From Planctomycetota bacterium (GTDB lineage: Bacteria > Planctomycetota > UBA1135 > GCA-002686595), in contig JAYTBY010000734.1 of NCBI GenBank assembly GCA_043736755.1, positions 1 to 30,978 on the forward strand: a DNA stretch of 30,978 bases, read 5' to 3'. Positions 8,511 to 17,119 of the stretch are shown piece after piece. Below the pieces are notes generated by a model that was given only the letters and a program-made list of their open reading frames with translations, had not been told where the DNA came from and searched no databases. Numbering within the stretch: the stretch's first letter is position 1; each line of letters opens with the position of its first letter. Both the position numbers and the translations under genes were made by a program.

Positions 8511-9037
8511 CAGCGACCGCGCAGTCCGCGCCACGAGATGGCCGCGAGGCCGAACACGCGCGCCTCGCGGGATGCGCGCATGCGCTCCCAACGTGACATC
8601 GATTCGGCGGCGAGCCAGTGGGCTTGCTCCGCTTCAGGTCGAGTGATCGGCGCACCAAGATCATAGTCGGCCTGATGTCGCATCTTGTGCAGTTCGATGA
8701 AGCCCTTCGCGGCGAACGCGAGATCTTCGGACGTCGCGTCGTGGCCGGCGAAGCAGCGTCGAAGCGGTTCCGGCAGGGACCTGGGCCCCGCGAGGAACCG
8801 TTCGGCACACTCACGCAACGAACCGTGATCGAAGGAACGGGCCAACGCGTGGCGCAGAGCCCGATCGCCGCGACCGGCGCCCACGACTTGAAGACCGATC
8901 TCCTCGATCAAGAAGTGGAACAGCGCGTAGTAGGCTGCGCTTGCAGATCGACGGGTGCTGGCTTGTGCCGGCCGGCCCGCCTCGCGCGTGGCCAGGGCAG
9001 CGGACTGATCGAGGAGGCCGTGATGGAGCTTCTGCAT
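8510..9037 (-). CDS. HEPN-domain protein (UPF0332-like)
   Basis: N-terminal RRSASAAYYALFH and C-terminal LHKMRHQADY (R-X4-Y variant of the HEPN motif). Start at ATG 9037. Confidence 0.7.
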   Translation of the reverse strand: MQKLHHGLLDQSAALATREAGRPAQASTRRSASAAYYALFHFLIEEIGLQVVGAGRGDRALRHALARSFDHGSLRECAERFLAGPRSLPEPLRRCFAGHDATSEDLAFAAKGFIELHKMRHQADYDLGAPITRPEAEQAHWLAAESMSRWERMRASREARVFGLAAISWRGLRGR

Positions 9038-9353
9038 CGCCTTGTTCCGGCCCCTTCCACTCGGACTTGAGCCGAATGAAGAGAACGGGGAACCGCTCAT
9101 CGTCCTGGCGATCGAGCTCCCTGAAGATGGCCGCCTGAATCGGGATCGTCCAACTGAAGTCCTTGCCCTGCTCGGCCGTCAACGCGTCGACCACGACGAA
9201 CACGTTGAGCCATTCGTCCTCGCCCGGAGCCGTGTAGCGCTCCGCGACGAGTTCGAGCACCCGCGGATTGCGCGGCAAGCGCATTTTCCTCGGGTCGAGA
9301 ACGGGCAGGTCCTTGCGGCGATGGATCACGGATCGAGTGTCGATGACGTCCAC
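8811..9353 (-). CDS. Hypothetical protein, possible degenerate nucleotidyltransferase-fold partner of the HEPN gene
   Basis: Protein-like core ERYTAPGEDEWLNVFVVVD...DERFPVLFIRLKSE directly upstream of HEPN. The start is uncertain (GTG 9353, GTG 9329 or ATG 9284), and the 3' part overlaps HEPN by 227 nt. Confidence 0.5.
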   Translation of the reverse strand: MDVIDTRSVIHRRKDLPVLDPRKMRLPRNPRVLELVAERYTAPGEDEWLNVFVVVDALTAEQGKDFSWTIPIQAAIFRELDRQDDERFPVLFIRLKSEWKGPEQGDAEAPSRPPRSVRCPGHARGGPAGTSQHPSICKRSLLRAVPLLDRGDRSSSRGRRSRRSGSAPRVGPFLRSRFVA

Positions 9354-9508
9354 CGGCTGGTCAAGCAACCCACATCCACGGCACGTGGAGCGCGCGACGC
9401 ACGGACCGAGCCGACGAGTTCCCCGTTCCGCGATCCGGATGATCCACGAGCACTCTGTAGTGCCGACATGGCGCGACCGACTATCCTGCACCGCGTAGCG
9501 CACTCGAC

Positions 9509-10705
9509 ATGACCTCAGCGAGCACGTCCCCCCCGCCGCATCGCGCCGCCGTCGCGACGCTCGGCATCGTCGGCGGCGGTCAGCTCGCGAAGATGACGGC
9601 GCAGGCGGCCACGCAACTCGGTTGCGAAGTCGTCGTCCTCGAGCGCCAAGTCGATTTCCCGGCGCACGCGCTCGACACGCGCTGGATCCACGGCGATTGG
9701 GACGATCCCAAGAAGTTGCTCGAGCTCGCGGCCGAAGTCGACGTCGTCAGCCTCGAGAACGAATTCGTGAGCGGCGCGGCATTGCGCGCCGTCGAGGAAG
9801 CGGGCCACGTCCTGCGCCCTTCCGCCGCGACGATGGCGCTGGTGCAGGACAAGTTCGTGCAGAAGCAGACGTTCGCGGCGGCAGGACTTCCGTTGACGCG
9901 CTTCGAGGCCGTCGAGACACCCGCCGACGTCGCCCGTGTCGCCGCGGACTTCGGTTGGCCGCTCGTCCTCAAGCGACGCACGCTGGGCTACGACGGCAAG
10001 GGCAACGCCACCATTCGATCGAGCGCTGACGTCGAAGCGGCGTGGCGCAAGCTCTCGGGCGGACCGGGACGCATCTATGCCGAGGAGTTCTGCCCGTTCA
10101 CGTTGGAGCTCGCGGCGATCGTCGTCCGCGGCCTCGACGGCGCGACACGCGAGTACCCGGTCGTCGAGACCGAGAATCGCGACCACGTGTGTCGCGTGGT
10201 GCGCGTACCGGCGCGCGTCGAGACCAAGGTCTCGACGGAGGCCGCGCGCATCGCACGAGCCGCCGTCGAGTCCGTACGCGGAGTGGGCGCCTTCGGCATC
10301 GAGATGTTCCTGATGAGCGATGGCCGCGTGCTCGTCAACGAGATCGCGCCGCGCGTCCACAACACGGGTCACTACACGATCGAAGCCTGCGCCACGTCGC
10401 AGTTCGAGAACCATGTGCGTGCCGTGCTCGGCCTGCCGCTCGGATCCGCCGCGATGCGCGCACCCGCCGCCGTCATGGTCAACTTGCTCGGTGTCGGCAC
10501 CGGAACGGGCGCGCCGATCGGGCTCGAGCGCGCGTTGCGCGTCGACGGTGCGAGCGTCCACGTCTACGGCAAGAGTACAAGTCAGAAGGGCCGCAAGATG
10601 GGCCACGTGACGGCGCTCGGCGCTACGCTCAGCCTGGCCGAAGCACGCGCGCTGGCCGCGGCCGACGCGATCCGCTTCGGCGAACTCGAAGGAAACGATC
10701 GATGA
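9509..10705 (+). CDS. purK: N5-carboxyaminoimidazole ribonucleotide synthetase
   Basis: [56 protein letters not shown]. Confidence 0.96.
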   Translation: MTSASTSPPPHRAAVATLGIVGGGQLAKMTAQAATQLGCEVVVLERQVDFPAHALDTRWIHGDWDDPKKLLELAAEVDVVSLENEFVSGAALRAVEEAGHVLRPSAATMALVQDKFVQKQTFAAAGLPLTRFEAVETPADVARVAADFGWPLVLKRRTLGYDGKGNATIRSSADVEAAWRKLSGGPGRIYAEEFCPFTLELAAIVVRGLDGATREYPVVETENRDHVCRVVRVPARVETKVSTEAARIARAAVESVRGVGAFGIEMFLMSDGRVLVNEIAPRVHNTGHYTIEACATSQFENHVRAVLGLPLGSAAMRAPAAVMVNLLGVGTGTGAPIGLERALRVDGASVHVYGKSTSQKGRKMGHVTALGATLSLAEARALAAADAIRFGELEGNDR

Positions 10706-11235
10706 CCAAGAAGACTGCTCCCGTGAAGTCTGCCCCCGCTCCGCTCGTCGGCATCATCATGGGCAGCGACTCGGACTTCGGGACGATGAAGCTCGCGGCC
10801 GACGCACTGCAGGAGTTCGGCGTGCCGCACGAGGTGCGAGTCGTCAGCGCGCACCGGACGCCCGACGACATGGCGCGCTACGCGAAAGAAGCGGCTGCAC
10901 GCGGATTGCGCGTGATCATCGCCGGCGCGGGCGGCGCGGCGCACTTGCCCGGCATGGTCGCGTCGTTCACGAGCCTCCCCGTCATCGGCGTTCCGATCGA
11001 GACGCAGTCGCTGCGCGGCCTCGACTCGCTCTACTCGATCGTGCAGATGCCCGCCGGCGTCCCCGTCGCGACGGTCGGCATCGCGAACGGCCGCAACGGG
11101 GGACTGCTCGCCGTGCGCATCCTCGCCGCGAGCGACGCCAAGCTGCGCGCGCGCTACGAAGCGTCGATGGCCGCGCAGGCCGAGATCTCGCGCAAGAAGA
11201 ATGGCAAGCTGCAGGACCTCCTGGCGCAAGGCTGA
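10702..11235 (+). CDS. purE: N5-carboxyaminoimidazole ribonucleotide mutase
   Basis: [51 protein letters not shown] overlap with the purK stop. Confidence 0.97.
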   Translation: MTKKTAPVKSAPAPLVGIIMGSDSDFGTMKLAADALQEFGVPHEVRVVSAHRTPDDMARYAKEAAARGLRVIIAGAGGAAHLPGMVASFTSLPVIGVPIETQSLRGLDSLYSIVQMPAGVPVATVGIANGRNGGLLAVRILAASDAKLRARYEASMAAQAEISRKKNGKLQDLLAQG

Positions 11236-11241
11236 TCGCAC

Positions 11242-12225
11242 GTGGACCTCCTGGAAAGCGTTCGTCAGAACCTGCTCTCGCCGGGACCACTCTTCTTCGC
11301 TCTCGGGATCCTGGCCGCCACTCTGAAGAGCGACCTCAAGCTGCCCGAGGCGCTCTACAGTTCGTTGACGATCTATTTGCTCGTGGCGATCGGCTTCAAG
11401 GGAGGCGCATCGCTCCACGAAGCGGGTCTCGCGGCCGTGTGGTTCCCACTCCTCGTCGCAGCACTGCTCTCCGCGGCCGTCCCGTTGTGGACGTACCCAT
11501 GCCTTCGATTCTGGGGCAAGTTCGCCGCCGCGGATGCCGCTTCGATCTCAGCCCACTACGGATCCGTCAGCGCAGTCACGTTCACCGTCGCCACGGGATT
11601 CCTCGCGAACGCGGGCATCGCTCACGAGGCCTATGCGTCGGCGCTCCTCGCGATCATGGAATCGCCGGCGATCCTGGTTGGCGTCTTGCTCGGCAAGTCC
11701 GCCTCGAGCGTCGAGCATTCGAAGCTCTCCGATTCGTTGCGCGAGGCTCTGCGCGAGGTCCTTCTTGGCAAGACGATCGTCTTGTTGGTTGGCGCGCTGT
11801 TCGTCGGCTACATGAGCGGAACGCGGGGACTCGATGCCGTCAGCGGGTTCTTCGTCCTACCGTTCCAGGGAGTGCTGGCGCTCTTCCTGCTCGAGCTCGG
11901 GCTCGTGGCCGGCCGACGACTCGGCGATTTGCGGCGGGCCGGGCCCTTCCTGCTCGCCTTCGGGATCGTTGCCCCGACGGTCCATGGGGCGATAGGAGTC
12001 GCGCTCGGTCTAGCGATCGGACTCTCGCCGGGCGGAGCCACGCTGCTCGGAACACTCGCGGCATCCGCCAGCTACATCGCTGCACCCGCCGCAATGCGCC
12101 TGGCATTGCCCGAGGCCAACCCGACCTTGTCGCTCGCATCTTCCTTGGCGATCACGTTTCCGTTCAACGTCACGTTGGGGATCCCCCTCTACTTCCACAT
12201 GGCCTCGAGCTGGAGTTCGCCGTGA
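11242..12225 (+). CDS. sbtA: Sodium-dependent bicarbonate transport family permease (SbtA-like)
   Basis: About 10 hydrophobic helices, with AIGFKGG, AHYGSVSAVTF, MESPAI, SASYIAAPAAMR and ITFPFNVTLGIPLY family motifs. Confidence 0.9.
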   Translation: MDLLESVRQNLLSPGPLFFALGILAATLKSDLKLPEALYSSLTIYLLVAIGFKGGASLHEAGLAAVWFPLLVAALLSAAVPLWTYPCLRFWGKFAAADAASISAHYGSVSAVTFTVATGFLANAGIAHEAYASALLAIMESPAILVGVLLGKSASSVEHSKLSDSLREALREVLLGKTIVLLVGALFVGYMSGTRGLDAVSGFFVLPFQGVLALFLLELGLVAGRRLGDLRRAGPFLLAFGIVAPTVHGAIGVALGLAIGLSPGGATLLGTLAASASYIAAPAAMRLALPEANPTLSLASSLAITFPFNVTLGIPLYFHMASSWSSP

Positions 12226-12530
12226 CCACCAACCTCCATCCGATGCGGCTCGTGACGATCGTCTGCGAGGCGCTGGCCAAGGACATCGTGCTGCGGCTCG
12301 CGCGCGAGTGCGGTGCACACGGTGCGACGATCGGCCCCGCGTCCGGTCTCGGAGCAACCGGTGAGCGTCCCGCCGACATCGAGGAAGCGGCCAACGTGCG
12401 CGTGGAACTCGTCGTCACACCCGAGACCGCCGCACGCATCGTCGAGTCCGTCGAGCGCGAGCTGTTCCCGCGATTTGCCTGTGTGCTGTGGGAGACCGAC
12501 GTGCGGGTGCTACGGCGGAGCAAGTTCTGA
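12222..12530 (+). CDS. sbtB: PII-like regulator of SbtA (SbtB-like)
   Basis: RLVTIVCE, GAHGATI..ASGLG.G.R T-loop and NVRVELVV. GTGA overlap with the sbtA stop and a GGAG RBS. It is the 3' end of track ORF 11439..12530. Confidence 0.85.
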   Translation: MTTNLHPMRLVTIVCEALAKDIVLRLARECGAHGATIGPASGLGATGERPADIEEAANVRVELVVTPETAARIVESVERELFPRFACVLWETDVRVLRRSKF

Positions 12531-12559
12531 AAAAAAGGCAGGACCGGAGGGCCGTGTCG

Positions 12560-12651
12560 GTTGCGATCGGTGTCAGTCGAATCCATCCACGCAACAGGGC
12601 TTGGCTCGTTCCCCCGTTGTGTGGATGGATTTGACTGACACCGATCGCAAC
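12560..12651 (+). repeat. 36-bp-arm inverted repeat (long hairpin)
   Basis: Arms at 12560-12595 and 12616-12651 give 34 Watson-Crick pairs and 2 G-T pairs around a 20-nt loop. Confidence 0.92.
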
Positions 12652-12667
12652 GCAGCGTGCAGGTCTC

Positions 12668-12757
12668 GGAGCGTGTGAAGAATTCACACGCGACGCGCCG
12701 CGGGAGCGACGCAGATGGTGTCTGTGAGCGTGTAGGCTCGACTCTTTCACACGCTCT
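12668..12757. mobile_element. 90-bp MITE-like element, copy A
   Basis: Terminal inverted repeats GAGCGTGTGA/TCACACGCTC. It aligns without gaps to 19121-19210 at 67/90 identity. Confidence 0.6.
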
Positions 12758-13836
12758 CAGCCGCGCTTCGCGAGGGCTTCTTCGTACTCCTTCAGCGTGC
12801 CGGCGAGTTGCGGGTCGAGCGCGGCAGCCTTGCGTTGGAACGCGACGGCCTTGTCGAGGTCACCACGCACGAACCACGTGCGCGCGAGCGTGTCGAGGAT
12901 GCCACCGTCCTTCTCCTTCGTGATTTCGACGGCACGAACGGCGAGTTTCGTGGCCAGCTCGGGATTGGGCGTCGCGACTTTGGATTGGGGGTCCACGATG
13001 GCCCACGCGATCGAGTGCAGCGCGCTCGCGGAGTCCTTGCAGGTCGTGTCGAGCGCATCCTGCGCCCACTTGTTCGCGCGATCCATGTCACCCACCTCGA
13101 GCGCCAGGATCTGGTACTTCGCGGCGGCCGCACCGCCGAACTTCTCGACGTCGATTGCGAGCATGTCGTCGAGTGACTTGATCGCCGCCTCCCAGTCCTT
13201 GGCATTCGCAGCCCGGTTCAGCTCTTCCTGGAGCTTCATGCCCCGCGACTCGAGCTCCTTGGCCTTCTTGCTCGCCACAGCGAGTGCGGCGATGTCATGC
13301 TTGCCGGCCACGACGGTCTCGAGCGTCGCGTCGATCGACATCGGATGGCCGATGTAGGCGATCTTGCCGTTGCCGTCGACGAGGAACGCGCACGGGATGC
13401 CCTGCTGCTGCGCCGCGCGCATGTAAGCCGTGTTCGTCTTGCCCGCGTCGTCCCAAGCCACGGTGTACGACATGACGTCGCCCTTGGCCTTGACCATCGT
13501 CTCGACCTGCTCGAGTGAGTTGTTCGGATCCTCTCTCGTCACACCGATGATCGTGAGTCCCTTGTCGGCGTACTTCTTCTGCAGCTCGCTGAGGTGCGGC
13601 ATCCCGACGATGCACGGACGGCACCACGTGGCCCAGAACTCGACGATGTACGTCTTGCCCTTCTGGAAAGCCGCGACGGGCTCGCCCTTGACCCACTTGC
13701 CAATCGCGAGCACGGGTGCGGCGTCACCGACGCTCAGCACGGACGGCGTGGTTTGCGCGGGCGTCTCTACCGAAGCAGACGTGGAGGACGGCGTACCGAG
13801 TAGAGCGGCGCCAAGGAGAGCGGTGCGAAGAAGCAT
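12757..13836 (-). CDS. Exported TlpA-family thioredoxin-like protein with TPR-like C-terminus
   Basis: Signal peptide, VEFWATWCRPC, IPCAFLVDGNGKIAYIGHP and a helical C-terminus (ILDTLARTWF..AVAFQRKA). Confidence 0.9.
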   Translation of the reverse strand: MLLRTALLGAALLGTPSSTSASVETPAQTTPSVLSVGDAAPVLAIGKWVKGEPVAAFQKGKTYIVEFWATWCRPCIVGMPHLSELQKKYADKGLTIIGVTREDPNNSLEQVETMVKAKGDVMSYTVAWDDAGKTNTAYMRAAQQQGIPCAFLVDGNGKIAYIGHPMSIDATLETVVAGKHDIAALAVASKKAKELESRGMKLQEELNRAANAKDWEAAIKSLDDMLAIDVEKFGGAAAAKYQILALEVGDMDRANKWAQDALDTTCKDSASALHSIAWAIVDPQSKVATPNPELATKLAVRAVEITKEKDGGILDTLARTWFVRGDLDKAVAFQRKAAALDPQLAGTLKEYEEALAKRG

Positions 13837-14101
13837 GATGATCCTGGAGAGATTGAGGCCCGGGTGTCGCGGCGAATCCTCGGAGCCCGACCGGGTCCGG
13901 AACGCCGCGGAACAGTTTCAGAGAGGGTAACGCGGCGAATCCAGAGACGTGCCTACGACTTGAATCGAGCCACAGGACAGCGGTTCTCGCGCCCTGGCAT
14001 TCAACGCAGAGTGCACCAGCACGGAGGGTGAGCGCGGTTGCAAACCCAATGCGTACAGACTCGCAGGTGGAGCCGAAGGCTGGCCGTCCGTGGTTGCCAA
14101 G

Positions 14102-15955
14102 TCAGGCCGCACGCCGAGTCGCGCGGTGGATCAACAGCGCCGCGCCAGCGAGCAGCGCGAGGGAGAGGATCATCTCGAACCCGCCGAACACCTCGGGCTT
14201 CGGCTTCGGCCCCTCACGGAGCAGATCGCGCGCTGCGATGTAGACGCCAGCGAGCCCCTCACCGGCGACGAAGCCCGATGCACACAGCACGCCCGACTCG
14301 ACGTCGAGTTGTTCTTTCGGCCTCGAATCGCACCAGCGCCGCACGCAACCGCCGACGAACACCGCGGCCATCGTCGCGAGTGGCAGATAGATGCCGAGCG
14401 CGAATGGCAGCGCGGGCAGGCCAGCCAGCACTCCGACGAGCGACAGCGATCCGCCCATGGCGAGCAAGTCCCAGGGCAACTGCGCACCGAGCACGGCCTC
14501 GACCATCGTCGCCATCAATCGCGCCTGCGGTGCTTCGAGCGCTCCGTCACCCACCATTCCGCGCGACATGCACATCGCGATGACGACGCCCGCCACGACC
14601 CAGCACGCGACACAGGCGGCCAACAGTTGTCCGTACTGCTGCAGGTAGGGCGTGCCCTTCACGAGCCAGCCGGTCTTCAGATCCTGCGAGATGTCGCCAG
14701 CCTTGCTGGCCGCGACACACACGACCGTTCCGACGGTCAACACGGCCGCTTGAGCCGCGAGCCCCTTCCAACCCAGCGCGAGAAAGATCCCCGCGGTGCC
14801 AGCCAACGTGATCAGCGCCATGGCACTCGTCGGGTTCGACGACACGCCGATCACGCCGACGAGCCGCGACGACACGGGCACGAACAGGAAGCCGAACAGC
14901 GCGACGCCCAGTGCTGCGACGATCCGCGCGCCGAGGCTCAAATCTCCGGCAAAAATGCCTGGAACGACCGCCAACGACACCACGAGTACGACGAGGCCGC
15001 TGACGAGGAGTGCGGGCGGAAGGTCGCGGTCGGTGCGGTCGCCGCTCGAGCTCGCACTCTCACCGCGCACACCGCGGATCACCGCCGCGAGCGACGCGAT
15101 CATCGTGGGCCCCGTGCGCACGATCGTGACGATTCCGGCCGCGGCAACCGCGCCCGCGCCGACGTAGAGCATGAATCGTGACTTGATCAGCTTCGGCGTG
15201 AGCGCCGCAACATCCGCAACCGATGCATCCAAGATCCCGGTGAGGTGCGCCTTGGTGATGAGCGGATAGAGCACGAGCGAGGAGATCAGTGCTCCCGACA
15301 CCATGACCGCCGCAGCGCGGAAACCGACGATGAAGCCAACCGCCATCAAAGCCGGCGCGATGGCCAAGGTGAGGCCGCCGTTCTGGAGGAACGCGGGCCT
15401 CCACGCGACTTCTTCGGGCAGCAAATGCAGTGCGCTCAACACGATTTTGATCGTGGCACCGACGGCGAGGCCGATGAAGATCCACTTCCCCGCCGATGCG
15501 GTGCGCTGCGTCGCGTGCAAGACCTCCGCGCACGCTCGTCCCTCGGGATACGGCAACTCCGCGTCAGCTTGCACGATCAGCAGGCGGCGCAACGGGATCA
15601 TCGCCAGGATGCCGAGCACGCCGCCGGCCATCGCGAGCAGCGCGACCTGCCACACGGGCGGCGCGAATCCCCACAGGAACAAGGCCGGGATCGTGAAGAT
15701 CGTGCCCGACGCGAGCGAGCTCGACGCGCTGCCGATCGTCTGCGCGAGGTTGGCTTCGAGGATCGTGCCGCCGTTTCGGAACGCCTTGAAAGCCGCAGCC
15801 GACAGCACCGCGATCGGGATCGAGGTCGAGACCGTCAGGCCCGCGGTCAAGCCAAGGTAGGCGTTCGCGGCACCGAAGAGGCACCCGAACAGGAGGCCGA
15901 ACAGGACTGCCTTCCAAGTCCATTCGGCCACGAGGGAACCGGCGCGTTCGTTCAT
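14102..15955 (-). CDS. OPT family oligopeptide transporter
   Basis: AYLGLTAGLTVSTSIP, GTIFTIPAL, LPYPEGRAC, SSNPTSAM, DISQDLKTGWL, PQARLM, SGFVAGEGL and many TM helices. Confidence 0.93.
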   Translation of the reverse strand: MNERAGSLVAEWTWKAVLFGLLFGCLFGAANAYLGLTAGLTVSTSIPIAVLSAAAFKAFRNGGTILEANLAQTIGSASSSLASGTIFTIPALFLWGFAPPVWQVALLAMAGGVLGILAMIPLRRLLIVQADAELPYPEGRACAEVLHATQRTASAGKWIFIGLAVGATIKIVLSALHLLPEEVAWRPAFLQNGGLTLAIAPALMAVGFIVGFRAAAVMVSGALISSLVLYPLITKAHLTGILDASVADVAALTPKLIKSRFMLYVGAGAVAAAGIVTIVRTGPTMIASLAAVIRGVRGESASSSGDRTDRDLPPALLVSGLVVLVVSLAVVPGIFAGDLSLGARIVAALGVALFGFLFVPVSSRLVGVIGVSSNPTSAMALITLAGTAGIFLALGWKGLAAQAAVLTVGTVVCVAASKAGDISQDLKTGWLVKGTPYLQQYGQLLAACVACWVVAGVVIAMCMSRGMVGDGALEAPQARLMATMVEAVLGAQLPWDLLAMGGSLSLVGVLAGLPALPFALGIYLPLATMAAVFVGGCVRRWCDSRPKEQLDVESGVLCASGFVAGEGLAGVYIAARDLLREGPKPKPEVFGGFEMILSLALLAGAALLIHRATRRAA

Positions 15956-16150
15956 CGTGCGCGGATGCTACGCGGCCCGCGCGCTGGAGGAAGGAGGAAG
16001 CCCCGCCGCGCGACAAGATCCGCGCGCGGAAGGAGGCTCTCGCCACCTGCGGTAGGACCGGGTGCCGGCCCCTCTCTTGGTCGACGACAGCCCGGCCATC
16101 ACCCGGCGGGTAGCCTGAGGAAGAAGTCGGCCGAGCACGGACTCACGAAA

Positions 16151-16915
16151 TCAGGCCGAAAAACCGACTCCACCGGCGATCCGACCATCCGGCGCGAGCT
16201 CGAAAGCGTTCGTCCCCCGCAGTGTGGACTTCCCGTCGGCCCCGATCGCCTGCCAATCGACCAGTGCGAGACCCTGGACGTGGCGCGGCTCGCCGACCCG
16301 CTCGAGCCGAACCTTCGGCATGTGCCGTTTGGCCGCGGCGACGTGCGCCAGCAAGTCGTCACGGCCGGCGACGAGTGCCCACGCATCGCGAAACGTGACG
16401 GTTTCCATCGTGGCGTTGCCGAGGAGCCACGCGCGCTCCGACGCGTCATCGCTCGACCAGGCGGCGAGCCAACCGTCGACTTTCGCGGTGAGTCCGGCGT
16501 GCTGCTCCTTCGCGACCAGTCCGGCGAGGACCGCGAGCTGGTAGCGCCAACCATCGACGTGTTGGTCGCGTGAGGACACGTCCGGAAACTCATGGAGCAG
16601 CGCGAGCGCGGTGCCCTCAGGCTGATCCGCGAGGCTCAATCGAACGCGCGACGCGCCCCACGCCGGACGTTTCGACGAATCCTTGAAGCCGTACGTGAAC
16701 GCGACGCCCTCGCCCGCATTGAATTCGAAGACTTCACCACCGACCTCGATCCCGTTCACGAACCGGATGAGGACCTGGCCACCGACACGCGGTTCGAGCT
16801 TCGAGCCCGCCCACCACCACGCGGCGAATCGTTGCGAATCGGACAGGAATCCGAACGTCGTCGCGCGCATGGCGCGCAAGAGGACGTGACGCTCGATCGT
16901 GGGGCTCGTGCTCAT
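16151..16915 (-). CDS. SRPBCC (AHSA1-like) domain fused to SnoaL/NTF2-like domain
   Basis: FAAWW..EPRVGG, SRVRLSL..GTALALLH..DGW..L, then WLAAW..D..ER, VTFRD..GRDDL, G.N.FELAPDGRI. Start set at ATG 16915. Confidence 0.75.
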   Translation of the reverse strand: MSTSPTIERHVLLRAMRATTFGFLSDSQRFAAWWWAGSKLEPRVGGQVLIRFVNGIEVGGEVFEFNAGEGVAFTYGFKDSSKRPAWGASRVRLSLADQPEGTALALLHEFPDVSSRDQHVDGWRYQLAVLAGLVAKEQHAGLTAKVDGWLAAWSSDDASERAWLLGNATMETVTFRDAWALVAGRDDLLAHVAAAKRHMPKVRLERVGEPRHVQGLALVDWQAIGADGKSTLRGTNAFELAPDGRIAGGVGFSA

Positions 16916-17119
16916 GCGGGCGTTGAGAGTAATCGCGCGCATCACCCAGGTCGATCGAGAGAACTCGACGAGCATTTCGCAGTTCGACGTCGGCCTCGAC
17001 ATGGGCCTCGACATGGATCAGCCGCTCAGCGATCCCGTCCGCAGCGCATCCCGCCAACTTCTCCGCGGTTGCTGAATCGTCTTGATTCAGACCTCGAGGA
17101 ATCGTCGTACGCTCCTCGA

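Noticed and set aside
7106-9421. Similar motif at 7106-7136 and 9396-9421 (GACGCAC.GACC...GAGCCGACGA.TTC) upstream of mrp and purK
   Set aside because: It needs a 5-nt gap and two mismatches. In GC-rich sequence this is only marginally beyond chance, and there is no third copy.
12530-12559. A-run after sbtB as the U-tract of a minus-strand terminator
   Set aside because: It is about 24 nt from the large hairpin, and only a weak 4-bp stem lies adjacent.
13918-14112. 64-aa ORF or riboswitch between the OPT and redoxin genes
   Set aside because: There is no RBS, no recognisable motif and no riboswitch consensus I can identify.
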